Assembly (NCBI RefSeq): GCF_009914755.1
Contig: NC_060947.1
Reading direction: 5' to 3' (one strand)
DNA from: the human T2T-CHM13v2.0 reference genome, Homo sapiens
Length of the DNA stretch: 64,000 nucleotides
Every line of letters starts with the position of its first letter. The stretch's first letter is position 1. The notes beneath the pieces are model-generated. The model was not told the DNA's origin. It searched no databases and saw only the letters and a list, made by a program, of their open reading frames with translations. Positions 13,621 through 34,750 of the stretch are shown here, piece by piece. A program made the position numbers and the translations under genes.

Positions 13621-15255
13621 ATGCTTGGTCAACCCGATTACCCCAGTATCCTCTCTGTATATAAAAAAGAGCCTATAACATCCTCTTTTGTCTTCACAAG
13701 ATCCCATTAGCTCTGTAGCCATGGCACTCCACTCTTTATATTCAGACACAAACTGCTGGGGCGCCCCGGCCCCTCTACCCTGTGCGTACCCTTCTTTCTA
13801 TCATGTTATGCATTAACTTTCACAAGCTGCTTGTTATGTAATGCGTTCCACAAGACATCTCTGCTTTGCCCTCAATCTTACATTCCCTGAAGCCTCTTAA
13901 AGATCTGTTTAATGTCCTCATCCCCTCATCTATCAATTTCAATTTTATAGGCTTAGCCCTCCTTTGATATTTCTCTGTATATCACTTTCTCAGCCTCCCC
14001 TTTTAGGTCATTACCCTTTCTTTTCCCCAGTACCTTTTCTTTGTCACGTCCTATTCACAGGTCACTCTTTCCCAGTACTATATATCTTGCTTTAAGTGAC
14101 ATGGGCTTCTCCTATTCATTTTTAGTGTTGGCAGAAGGAATTTGAAGTCTGCCCCCCAGTTGTCCTCTTTGGGTATCTTACTTTGAAACACAAAAGCATT
14201 AAATTGTAAATCAATTCTGCATTGATCAAGGCTGGCCACCGTCCCCACTGCCTGGCTGTGACCTCTGAATGCTGAAACTATGAGTTTTCTTCTGTACTTG
14301 CTCTATTGTTGTACAAGGCCAAGAAAAGGTTCTCATCAACGAAGCTACACACCCTGTTGGCAGGAATCAGGCAGAAAAGCTGGCAGCCAAATCTTCAGTT
14401 CTACTTTTCTTTTCTAATGATAATTTTAACCCCTCTAATTTGCTTCCTTTTTAAATTTCCCCCCTCCTATTGCATCTTATCCTCCTCCCAGGTGCAGTCA
14501 TAGAATTCTTATCCTTCACATTTACATTTTTGTCTCTCCTTTCCTCTTATTCTGCTCACTTGTCCCTTTGGTTTGACTCTCGTCTCAATTTTTACTTGGA
14601 TTATTCTTTTAGTAGCTTTAAAACAATTCAACAAGCACTTATTGAGTGTCTACTATGTTCCAACTACTGAACCAAGTGCTAGTCCTTGCCCTCAAGGAGT
14701 TCAGTATTTCAATGTGCTTTAAACACTTGTGTTACTCCAGGGAGGGAAAAAGAGGGTGATTAAACCAGTCTGTTAGTTGGTCATCGACATATACATGAAG
14801 TTCAAGAAAATGTACAAAATGGCTTTTACTCAGTCTACATCACTTATTCTAACCAATAGGAGTCAATAGTACATGTAGTTATCTTGTTTGTTGGAATTTT
14901 TTTTTTGCTTTGTAATTAGTATATTAAGGAGACAATACATTTCAAGAATTGCTTAAATTCTGATACCCAGATTTAAGCATGTAAACATATGATGAGACTT
15001 TTAAACATACAGTTAAAGCTATTCATCATAATTTGCTATGCTAACAACATTAGTTACTTTGGAGCATAAGTCAAATGGTTTAAAGTAATCCTGTAACATA
15101 CCTAAAGAATACCTTCCTATATTACCCATACAAATTATTTCTCCATGTAAAGTTCTTTTCATTTTAATTTCTACATTACCCAGCTCTGAAGTCACTACTC
15201 AGGTTTATCATGGTCCACAGACAAGAAGGGGTGCAAATAACAAATACTGGTCAAG

Positions 15256-15322
15256 ATATATATGGAGATATATATATGTGTGTGTGTATATATATATATG
15301 TGTGTATATATATGTATATATA

Positions 15323-15361
<39 letters not shown>
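15256..15361. repeat. Compound (TA)n/(TG)n microsatellite in the retrocopy 3' UTR
   Basis: Directly visible. Confidence 0.95.
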
Positions 15362-15363
<2 letters not shown>

Positions 15364-17004
15364 ATGGCACAGCAGAAGGAAACACAATTCTGGAAGTGCA
15401 AGCCTTCAAGAAGCAGCATTATTATGATAATCCTCTCCTACAGAAAGGTATCATTTTTATCACTGATGCCACAGGACAAATTATATATTATGCCATCTTC
15501 AAGTAACAGCTGAGGCAATAGAATAAATGCAGAGGCATTACAATGAATCCCACTTAACACAAAGAACTATACAGATCAAAACTTCTCTACATATTTTTTT
15601 TTCCTCATTGCCAGTTAAATACAGAGTTTTACTTTCATAGCTTAACAATGAAGGGTCATACACTGAAGCCAATACACATACCTAGCATTTCAGTCTAAGC
15701 TTGTCCACATACATAGCTGAAGTCAATTACAAGGTTTGGCCTATAAATGCTAGGGGAACTTCTTTGTAAAGTAGTCTTTACAGGTATTAAACTTCATCTT
15801 GCACACCGAAGTCATCATACATACAGGGCAAAGTCAGAGCTTTTACATTTGCATTTATTCTTCATTTAACTTTTTAAAACACTACTATAGTTGAATATTA
15901 AACAAAAACAAGAGCAAGTAGTGAGCATGTTATGATCACAGTCCTTCACTCATTTACTACTGCACATAAAATGCCACCAGTGGGTGTTATTCACTGGCCC
16001 ATTAAGAGGTCTGACACCGAACACCACCTCTGGGATGATGTTCATCATCCTCATATGCTTCTCCATTGTAATGGTGCCATCTTTCCTGATTTGGATCAAA
16101 GTCCACCAGTTCTACTTGATCCATCTCATCAGTTTCTTCCACTTCCTTCCTCTTGGGTAGGAGTTTTTCCAGCAAAGACAGTTTATCAGGAGAGAGAAAG
16201 TCATTCTCAGGCAAGTTTACCTTGAATTCAATGATTAGGCGACCCTTTTCATATGGCCTAGGATAAATTGGCATTCCTTCATTTATTACACACTTGATAT
16301 CTCCATGCTTGACAATCTGACCTGGATGAGAGGTGATGACTATGGTTCAGTTGTCAAGAGTAGATATTGGCTTCTGGAATGCTTCAACCAGCTGTATGTC
16401 CATACACATGAAAAGGTCTTCTCCTTGTCGAGTAAAAACAGCATCGTCCTTCTGATCTAACACAATGATAATATCTTCTCCCTCCAGTCCTGGTTCTTGG
16501 TATCCTTCACCATGGAATGTTATCTTCTGGCCATATTTCATGCCTTTGTCAATATGAAATTCTAGAATCTTCTTCTCTCGAAGTATCTTCCTTCCATTGC
16601 AGCTTTCACATCTATCTTTAGGACTGATCTGCTCCCCATGGCCCTGGCACTCCACGCACACAGACTGAATTTGCTGAACCTTTCCAGGTCCTATCTGATG
16701 AATTCTTATTTGCATTCCAGTACCTCGGCAATTGGGACAGTACTCTACTCCTCCTTTCTTACCTCCTCTATCTTCACATTTGTCACAAATTGCATTCTTT
16801 TGCAGAGCCAGTTTTCTTGTTGCACTATTATATAAGTCTTCTAGGGTTACTGAGAGCTGATGTACAACATTTTTACCTCTCCTTTCTCTGTGCATCCTTC
16901 CTCCTCCTCCAAAAAAACATATCAAAGATGTCCATGGGGGAGCCAAAACCGCCACCTGCTCCATCCTCTTTAATTGTCTGTTCTCCTCCTTTGTCATATA
17001 ATTA

Positions 17005-17570
<566 letters not shown>

Positions 17571-17774
17571 ACCCCTTTCTATTGTGATAGCTTGAATTTT
17601 TGCCAGGTCCTGGTTGGGGAAATCCTGAGAAAAGAGATATATTTCTCTCTTTAAATTATTGGAAGTGTGATGTGCTCTGCACGGTGATGGTTGGGATACT
17701 CCTTGTTTCTCAGGGTTCTTTTTGTCCTAATACTTTGCATCCCTTTGTTTGACATATATTTTTTTCCTAACCTC

Positions 17775-19092
<1,318 letters not shown>

Positions 19093-19329
19093 TATGTGAA
19101 TAGGGCTCAACATGGCAGCCTAAACTGTACTCTCCCAAAGATTCATATTCATCTTGTGTGTATCTGGAGGGTCTAGGAGGCAGGTCCACTAGGGAACTAT
19201 TTGTTTAGGAGCCTAAGGGGCCTCTCAGGAAAGATACATACTAATGGAAGAAAGAATAGCCATATAAGGAGGGTCCACCTAGACCTCAGGATTGAAAGAG
19301 AGAGAAAATTTTCAATATAGCTCTCATGT

Positions 19330-19850
19330 TGTAATTAATCAGGACATTTAAAAATAATTAGTAACAGAAACTGAATCCAACCCAGCTTTTGAAAAAAAAG
19401 GCACTATATTGGTGCAAAAGGCTAGGAAGGAGAGTGGAATGCTCAAAGGAACCAAGCCTAGGGATTCAACGTTGTCAGAACTGTGTCCGTATTTTATCTC
19501 TGCTTGCCTCTGCATCTCCTTTCCCATTTGTCTCACTCTCTTGATGTAGACTGGTCTTCTCCATATTGCAGGAAACACAGCTGCCGTCAGCTACAGCTTA
19601 GCAAAGAAAATTTCTACCTCCCAGAGTCCATTCATCTATCCCAGGGAACAATTCTGATTGGCTTTCCTTGGTAATGTGCCTATAATTTGGTCCAATCACT
19701 GTCACTAGGAGAATGGATACTCTGTGTTTGTCCAGGTCTACTTCACGTGCTTACCCTTAAGGTCAGGAGTAGAGTCTATCATGAACAGAAGGGGAGAGAG
19801 AAAGCCTGCTGGGAAGACCAAAAACAAACAGATAAAACAAAACAATACCT
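19330..19850 (-). mobile_element. Old MaLR LTR (MLT1K/L-like)
   Basis: gtaacagaaact...ctgattggct...ccaatcactgt motifs. Confidence 0.5.
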
Positions 19851-21509
19851 ACCAGAGGACACTATCCTGCTTATCTTCTGATTCACCTCCCAGATCTCAT
19901 ACTAAGTCCTAAGCAGAGAGAGCTTTGTAAGAATAAGTACCAATTTAAAGGACTATTTCACTAAAATCTCTGTGGGGCATTGAGTACACAAAGCCACATC
20001 AGAAGCATTGGTTTTAGTAGTTTCAGTTGGGTAGGCGGCAGCTTGTGACAGCAGCAGCAGCAGCAGCCACCTCATTGTATGGATGGTTTTGTTATGGGCA
20101 TTAGAAGAGGATTATCACCCCAGGGAGCTAGAAAAGGAACAGAGGAAATGCTGGAAGCCACTGGGGAGGCAAAGGGGTTTTGTTAATGAACCTTGGGACA
20201 GACCTCTGGGAGACTTGCAGAAATAGTTGGGTTGGTGGAAGACTTTGAAGAGGGGCCAATACAGGCAGGGGCAGAAACAGAGAAATTTCTATGCGAGATT
20301 ATGTTGTGAACTCGATTTTATTTTCAGCCTGTTTCCCAGCTCACAAGGACATCCACCGGCCACAGAAGTGCAAGGAACAGGGACAGTAAATTACCCAGTG
20401 ATGCCCGGTCCCCTAGACGGCTAGCACTGTGCTGAAGTCACAGAAAGCTATGAGACTCTGACTCTCTCGGGAAGCTGGAAAACAGGGCAGAAAGCAGATT
20501 GGTACCAGTTCTAGGTTCCACTGATACAGGCTGGCTGGCTATGATGTGGCTGCACCTAGCTGTTCTGATTCAGGAGACACTTTTCCCACTCTGATTTTCT
20601 CTCCACCTATTTCCCTCTTCCTGGCTTGAAGCCCAGCCAGAGACCAACACCACTATTAGAATGGGCTTCTCCTGACACTGCCTTCTGCCTGGCTTGGACC
20701 TCTGCAGCCTCACTCTTGCCTATCTTTTCAGACTCCAGACCTTGTCTGTGTCCTCCAGTTTGGCTTTACACCCTGGATTCAGACCTTGGTTTCCCCCTCA
20801 TAACGCACTTTTACTAGCTCCCTGGTCATTCGTTCTAGCTTCCCTATTTGCCTGCTGGCCCAGCCTGCCTGTGAGTCCTGGCATGTGTTGTTTGGCAGCC
20901 ACCCATGACCTAGCATTGACAGCACCATTCCACCTTACTCCTCTTGTCACTTGAATTGCTTTCTCTACCCACCCTTAGAATATAAAGATGCTGCTCACGT
21001 TGATACATAATGTCTTCATATTTCAGCAGCTTGTCTGGCTGAAGGAACCTTCATAACCTCCTCTGACAATCCATTCCACTGTCTAGTCACCATGATAGTC
21101 AAAGTTCTTCCTTCTGTCATACCATTTAGTAGAAGCCTGAGTGCTACTGAACAATAATCATTCTAAATGTCACCCACCCGGGAGAGATGAGAACAATGAT
21201 CCTCAGAGTATGCACTGCTTGGGATGTGCCCAGAATGTAGAAACACCTGTTTGGAATGGAACCAGTGATCCCCTGAACATATGTCACTGATAGGCCCAGG
21301 GATCTATAAGAGTCACTCCCAGAGCTTATTGGAGTAAAGTGTGGAACCAGTGGGGTGACTCTGTGGTTCCTGGCTCTTGAGGAAGAAACTCTTAAACTGA
21401 AGGTAGAGAAAGGCAACCTCCTGTGGCTGGATGGAGGCAGTGAGATTGCCCAGTTCACGCAGTTTGTAAATGCCCAGTCTAGTGCCAGGCAAAACAAATT
21501 CCCATTTAT

Positions 21510-22250
21510 TCATTTTTCCTTCTCTCCATCTTGACTGTCACTGTCCCCCTGCCCAAATCCAGGCCACCCAACTCTTCCTGCTTAGATTACTGCAATAGCT
21601 CCTAACTGATTTCTGTGACATCACTCTTGCTCCCTTCTATTCTATTTTCCCCACAGCAGTGAGGAAAGATCACAGAGTAATCTTTTACAAATGTAAATTA
21701 GATCATGTCACTCTCCTGCTTAAAACCCTTCAAAAGCTCTTCATTCCACTTAGAATAAAATCCAAACTCCTTACCATGGCTTATAAGGTTCTACAGGATC
21801 TGGCCTCTGCCCACCTCTTAGACCTTTCTGGTCTACCTTGCTTTCTATGCTCCTGACACATTGAATTTATTTCATTCCCTCCTACATGCTGATCTCTTCC
21901 TTTTCTGGAGTGTCTTTCTTTACACGTGTGGTTTCCTCTGCCTGGAATACCCTTTCCTAGGCTTTTCTCAAGGCTGGATCCTTCTCAGTTTTTAGTTCTC
22001 AGCTAAAATGTCACCTCCTTTAGAGAGGCTTTCCCTGCCCACACTTGCTAAAGAAGTTCTCTCCAATCTTGTTTAATTCCTTCTTTGGCACTAGTCACAA
22101 TTACAATTGGTTGATATGTCTATTATTCATTCAATTTTGATCTTCTTTACAAGAAAGTAAGTTCCAAGACGTCAATGTCATGCTATCCCCAGCCCTATCA
22201 CAGTACTTGGCACATAATAGGCATTTAATAAATATATGCTGAACTAATGT
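21510..22250 (+). mobile_element. L2 3' portion
   Basis: gattactgcaatagctcctaactg; gatcatgtcactctcctgcttaaaaccctt; ggcacataataggcatttaataaat. Confidence 0.85.
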
Positions 22251-22304
22251 TTTTAATAGTAAGTACTGAATATATATTTCTTGAGTGAATGGGTAAAAAG
22301 TAGA

Positions 22305-23005
22305 AGGGATCCCATAGACATAACAAAGAAAATAAAGGAATATTCTCAACAACTCTATGCCCACAAATTTGATAACTTAGGTGAGATGGACCAGTTTCTT
22401 AAAAGACACATCTACATTTTTCCTTACACAGGGAAAAACAGGTAATCTGAGTAGGTCTACATCTGTTAAAGAAACAGAATCAATAAGTAATAACTTTCCA
22501 AAACAGAAAGCACTAGAACCCGATGGGCTCACTGGCAAATTCTACCAAATACTTTAGGATGAAATCATACCAATTCTCAACAATCTATTCTGGAAAACAG
22601 AAGCAGAAGAAACTTCCTAATTCATTCTATGAGGCCAGCATTACCCTAATATTAAATCCATACAAAGACATTACAAGAAAGGAAAACTACAGACCAACAT
22701 TTCTCATGAATATAGATGCAAAAATTCTCAATAAAATATTAGCATATCCAATCCAACAATGTATAAAAACAATAAGCTATGAGCAAGTGGGATTTATTCC
22801 AGGTATACAAGGCTGGTTTAATATTCAAGAATCAATTAGTGTAATCTATCACATCAACAAGCAAAAGAAGAAAAATTATATGATCATATTAATAAATGCA
22901 GAAAAAGGATTTGACAAAATCCAATGACCATTCATGATAAAGACACCCAGAAAACTAGGAATAGAGGGGAAATTACTCAACTTGCTAAAGGACATCTACA
23001 AAAAC
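22305..23005 (+). mobile_element. Old L1M ORF2 fragment (RT N-terminal region)
   Basis: ORF 22523-22927 contains [13 protein letters not shown]...ENYRPT...[10 protein letters not shown]...[14 protein letters not shown]. Confidence 0.9.
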
Positions 23006-23165
23006 AGGGAAGAAGTGAAGAAGGAGAGGGAGGGAGGACTGGAAGACTGGAGGGACAGAGGGAGAGAAGGAAGGAGGGAAGGAGTGAGGAAGGAAGGAAG
23101 AAGGGAGAGAGGGGAGGGAGGGAAGACAAAAAGAAGGAAGGAAGGAAGGAAGGAAAGTAAGGAGA
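23005..23165 (+). repeat. Purine-rich (GGAA/GGGA)n low-complexity tract
   Basis: Directly visible. Confidence 0.9.
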
Positions 23166-24280
23166 ACAATTAATGAAGAAGCAGAAGTCATTTTACAGCT
23201 GACTTTGGTGGAGTAGATACATTCCATTAAAGTGTGGCATAATTGAATGTCTCTGGATTCATAGACCCTTTTATCCCATTGGAAAAGAGATGGCTAGCAC
23301 ATTCACACTGCAGTTTTAGTGACTGATACTATGTGTTCGCCCCATCAGAGCTATTTATAATTACCTAGGGATTCTTGGAGTCATGTGTTAGGAAGAAATC
23401 AGACTTGTGTGAGAATTCCAGGCACTAGTGAGTGCTGGGGCCAGTGGGGAAAATTTCCCCCAGGCTGTGTGTTCAATCTCGTCTTCTAAGCCACAGGAAA
23501 CTGAGGAACAATAGAAAGAGGAAAATGGACAAGCTCCAATTCAAGAGTTTCTATTTTTGTGCTTAATTGGTATATTTCTGAAAGATGGCTTAGGAGGGAG
23601 ATAAGCTGTGTGGGCCAGATAGGAGAGAATAAGACCTAGTTCTAGTCTCACAGCCCTCACATAGTTGGCATTATTTTCAGCCAGAGTCATGGTTGTAGGC
23701 TGAGGCAATGGCAGAGGTTAGATGGGAAAGTGTCCTTAGTCCCTCATTATTTCCATTGGCTTTTCCCTCCCCACTCTTTAACATGTACAAATGAAGTTTT
23801 AATGTTAAGCATAAACAAAAGCAGCTTTAGAAAACATCATGCTGAGTAAAAACCTTTGCTTGCTTTGCCAACACAGCCTCAAAGCAAAATCCCTACTTCC
23901 TCCCCCTTCAACCAAAGGGTTCCCCACAAACCCCAGGGTTCCCCACAAACCCCATTTATATAGACATTATGAAGCTGTCACAGGCAGGAAAGAGCCAACT
24001 TCATTGACTCCAAGGGAAGAAAGTTGTCCCTAGAGTGGCTTGTGAGGGTGGGAGGGGGGAGAGGGGAGAGGGAGGGTAGTGGTAATTGCCCTACTCCCTA
24101 GTGGACTTGGTGTGGTTCATTCTTTACTCAGCAGAAACTATAGTCTGAATTTCCCTCATTATTAAATTTTACACAGCAGGGACCTCTCCTGTGCCCCAAG
24201 ATGTCCAGGATCTTCTCAGAGCAACCTGTGAAAAGTGCTGGCAAGATCTCAGTTCTTCCCAGAAAGCAAAGTGTGACTGA

Positions 24281-24892
<612 letters not shown>

Positions 24893-26559
24893 GGGAGTGG
24901 AGGATAAACTGTGTGCTTTTAAGGGCCCTGAGGACAGGGATCCAAACTGGTCAGGCTGAGGCCATCAACTCTAAGGCTAGGCCTGTCTATAGCAGTCAGA
25001 GGGTTGCTTAATGCCCTAAAACAACTGAATTGTCCTTTATTTCTAAAACTTGCCCTTTTTTGACTGTCAGGAGATGAAATATTCCCCCCTCTGAGTTTGA
25101 TCAGGTACTATACCACCTCTGCCAACAGTTGGCACTCTATCTGCACACCCTACCCAGTTCAGACTGGGTTTTGTTTTGTTTTTCTCTCTCTCTCTCTCCA
25201 AGCAAAATCTTGGTGCACCTCCCAACTGGTCAGGGTCCCTTCTCCTGCAGAGGCCCCCTCCTGCTGTATGTCAGTAGGAGGCCCAATTCTGGAACTTGCT
25301 CTGTGGGACTGCACTGGGGAGAATTTGTTGTAAAGCTCCTGCAGGGGCTGATCCCTCCCCACCCTTGCCATCCAGACCCCAGGGGAGGGCATGTCAGTGT
25401 TAGAAGACATAGTCCTAGTTTCTCTCAGATTTTGAAGTCTGTAAAGTGGTGTGGACTCCCTCAGGCTATAAGACAAGTTTATAAATATAAGATGTTATCT
25501 CACTGTTAAACAGTACTACAATTGGGTTTTATTTGAACAAATGAATCAGCTTTCTTCACGCTACTGGAAGTTCTCAAACGAGGTGCCAAACTTCATTTTT
25601 AGTGCCTGTTGAATAAACAGCACACTCAGCTGCCTTTCTCCTAGCAGAAACTTTCAGCTTTGCAATTCCAGTCACCTCTCAATTCTGGTGGACCCTAGGT
25701 AGCCAAAAGCAGTCAGCCTCCTTTTTCTACCTGACAGAGTGACAGCTCTGGCCCAGGGATTTCATTTCCAGTTCATAGGCCCACAGGCAGCTTCAGGTTG
25801 GCATAGTCCTAAGTCATTCTGATAGAAACATCAGAGCATAACAGATGCTTCCTGGATTAGCTTCACAGTTTCTTTAACCCACCACTCTTTTCTGTAATCG
25901 TCAGGACTACCATGTAGGGTCGGGCAGGTTGGTCAATGCATGACATCCAGCTGAGGAAATGAGGGTAATTCTAATGTGTAATTTTAATGTGTTGGTCAGC
26001 TGTTTCCCTGATGAAGGGGTCTCTAGGTGTGTCTCATAAGAGGACCAGGCTGCCTTTGATAGCTCAACCTCCATGGCAAGATAATGTGGTGGAGGGGAAG
26101 TAGAGACCCACTCTGACGTAAAATACCTGTGCAACCCGAGTAGTCCTCTCATTCACATCTCCAGGCCTCCACTTCCTCATCTGGAAATGGGGGAGTTGGA
26201 GTAGCTGATTTTTGAGGAGTGCTCCTGAGATGCACAACTCCAGGGGGCACCATTTACATTGTCCCTGAATGAACGTGAGGTGTAAACTGCCTCCATGGCC
26301 CCAATTAGATGATGGCAGAGCTAATTGTTCCCCCTTTTGATGTGTCTAAGCCAAATGCTGTCCTTCTCTTCAGGGTCTCTCTCACATCTGAGGCCAGTTG
26401 GCCCAGCTCTCCATCTTCTTGGTACACAGTACTCATCCCTTCCACACCTTCATTTTATATCCATTGTGCTATACATAAACTCTTAATATTCTCACTTATT
26501 TATTTTCCTTATTAGACTGATTTCTTCCAAGAGAGCCTCCGCTAGAATATAGAATAGGC

Positions 26560-26863
26560 TTTTTTTTTTTTTTTTTTTTTTTGACAGAGTCTCACTCTGT
26601 CGCCCAGGCCGGAGAGCAGTGGCACAATCTCAACTCACTGCAACCTTCATCTCCCAGGCTCAAGTGATTCTCATGCCTCAGCCTCCTGAGTAGCTGGGAT
26701 TATAAGCGTGCACCACCACACCCGACTAATGTTTTTGTATTTTCAGTAGAGATGGGGTTTTGCCGTGTTGCCAGGCTAATCTTGAACTCCTGGCCTCAAG
26801 TGATCCATCTATGTTGGCCTCCCAAAGTATTGGGATTACAGGCCTGAGCCACTGCGCCTGGCC
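26560..26863 (-). mobile_element. Alu (old AluS/AluJb-like)
   Basis: Full dimer with long T tail. Confidence 0.95.
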
Positions 26864-27921
26864 AGGCTCCTTTTACTACCCATCTTTGCATGTTAGCCCC
26901 ACTGCCCGTCCACCAAGTCCCCCACACCTGGAGTCAATGTGGCTTCTTTAGCCAATTAGAGGCTTTTAAGTGTGTTTGGTCCCCGCTTCCCTCTCTTAAA
27001 ATTTAACTTTGAAGAAAAAGGTTGGGGTGGGGGTTACCTGGGAGACCACTAGAAATCACCCATTTCCCATCTAGTCTCCCCTTCGGCTCTAAGAGGTCCT
27101 GTATTGATACCCCCTCACTACAGAGGTAGAGGGGTGGAGGGGAAGAGATTAGCTGATATCTAATATCTCTTCTGTTTCTGGCTTCCCATGAAAACATCCT
27201 CGTTGCCCTTAGTAACCAGCGATGCATAAATTTATGAAAGCATCTAACCCTTTTAAAAAGGTATTTATACATACTTTCAGCTTATACTAACTCTTGAGGA
27301 TAATGAATTCCATACATTATTTGTTTCCTGTTGCATAAAATCACATTGATTTGTGTTTCCCTAAACATACCTCTTTCAAAACCTCAAGTGAGCTCTGAAA
27401 GAGTCTCCGAGATTTAGTGACCACATCTACACTCACTATCTCTATAGGCCTTCCCCAGCTCTAATCTCCCTGCATACAGAGATCTGGGGCAGACGTTCTT
27501 TGTATAAGAGGAGGAATAGGTCTTCCTGAAGAAATTCAATATTTGGTTGACTGCCTTGACCACAGTGCTAAGTGGCTTAACTGGCTTTTAAAAAAATCCT
27601 CAAAAAAAAAAAAATCCTCTATGGAAGATTGCTTATTTCAACCTTTTGCAGTCATCCCTCCCCAATTTCTTCCCTCTTAGCTAGTGTTGAAGTGGGTTTT
27701 GAAAAGGAGGAAATATACCCCAAACAATTTAAACAGCCCTCATAGATCTTGAAGATCCTTTCAATATCTATATTTCTTCCTTCCAAGATCTATAGTTTCT
27801 CCTATATCTTGAAAGGTTCTTTGGCTGCATTCCAAGAACACTCAATTCTTAGGGAGGTGGTGTTTTCACCTGAGAACCTAGAGAAGCATGTAGCCTAGGG
27901 GATAATGACAAGATCATCCAC

Positions 27922-29596
<1,675 letters not shown>

Positions 29597-30613
29597 ATGG
29601 GGAAAAAACAGAACAGAAAAACTGGAAACTCTAAAACGCAGAGCGCCTCTCCTCCTCCAAAGGAACACAGTTCCTCACCAGCAACGGAACAAAGCTGGAT
29701 GGAGAATGACTTTGACGAGCTGAGAGAGGAAGGCTTCAGACGATCAAATTACTCTGAGCTACGGGAGGACATTCAAACCAAAGGCAAAGAAGTTGAAAAC
29801 TTTGAAAAAAATTTAGAAGAATGTATAACTAGAATAACCAATACAGAGAAGTGCTTAAAGGAGCTGATGGAGCTGAAAACCAAGGCTCGAGAACTACGTG
29901 AAGAATGCAGAAGCCTCAGGAGCCGATGCGATCAACTGGAAGAAAGGGTATCAGCAATGGAAGATGAAATGAATGAAATGAAGCGAGAAGGGAAGTTTAA
30001 AGAAAAAAGAATAAAAAGAAATGAGCAAAGCCTCCAAGAAATATGGGACTATGTGAAAAGACCAAATCTACGTCTGATTGGTGTACCTGAAAGTGATGGG
30101 GAGAATGCAACCAAGTTGGAAAACACTCTGCAGGATATTATCCAGGAGAACTTCCCCAATCTAGCAAGGCAGGCCAACGTTCAGATTCAGGAAATACAGA
30201 GAACGCCACAAAGATACTCCTCGAGAAGAGCAACTCCAAGACACATAATTGTCAGATTCACCAAAGTTGAAATGAAGGAAAAAATGTTAAGGGCAGCCAG
30301 AGAGAAAGGTCGGGTTACCCTCAAAGGGAAGCCCATCAGACTAACAGCGGATCTCTCGGCAGAAACCCTACAAGCCAGAAGAGAGTGGGGGCCAATATTC
30401 AACATTCTTAAAGAAAAGAATTTTCAACCCAGAATTTCATATCCAGCCAAACTAAGCTTCATAAGTGAAGGAGAAATAAAATCCTTTACAGACAAGCAAA
30501 TGCTGAGAGATTTTGTCACCACCAGGCCTGCCCTACAAGAGCTCCTGAAGGAAGCGCTAAACATGGAAAGGAACAACCAGTACCAGCCACCGCAAAATCA
30601 TGCCAAAATGTAA
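29597..30613 (+). CDS. ORF1: L1 ORF1p (338 aa), intact
   Basis: Full-length MGKKQNRK...; coiled coil, RRM and CTD with REKG, ARR and YPAKLS motifs. Confidence 0.95.
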   Translation: MGKKQNRKTGNSKTQSASPPPKEHSSSPATEQSWMENDFDELREEGFRRSNYSELREDIQTKGKEVENFEKNLEECITRITNTEKCLKELMELKTKARELREECRSLRSRCDQLEERVSAMEDEMNEMKREGKFKEKRIKRNEQSLQEIWDYVKRPNLRLIGVPESDGENATKLENTLQDIIQENFPNLARQANVQIQEIQRTPQRYSSRRATPRHIIVRFTKVEMKEKMLRAAREKGRVTLKGKPIRLTADLSAETLQARREWGPIFNILKEKNFQPRISYPAKLSFISEGEIKSFTDKQMLRDFVTTRPALQELLKEALNMERNNQYQPPQNHAKM

Positions 30614-30661
30614 AGACCATCAAGACTAGGAAGAAACTGCATCAACTAACGAGCAAAATAA

Positions 30662-34500
<3,839 letters not shown>

Positions 34501-34715
34501 ACAATGAGATCACATGGACACAGGAAGGTGAATATCACACTCTGGGGACTGTGGTGGGGTGGCGGGAGGGGGGAGGGAGGATAGCATTGGGAGATATACC
34601 TAATGCTAGATGACGAGTTAGTGGGTACAGCGCACCAGAATTACACATGTATACAGATGTAACTAACCTGCACAATGTGCACATGTACCCTAAAACTTAA
34701 AGTATAATTAAAAAA

Positions 34716-34750
<35 letters not shown>

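Noticed and set aside
15195-15513. YI/YV-repeat ORFs
   Set aside because: Artefacts of the (TA)n/(TG)n microsatellite.
20049-20066. (CAG)6 tract; also (GCT)n near 50237
   Set aside because: Short, non-coding and unremarkable.
22924-23227. Arg/Glu/Gly-rich ORFs
   Set aside because: Translation of a (GGAA)n low-complexity tract.
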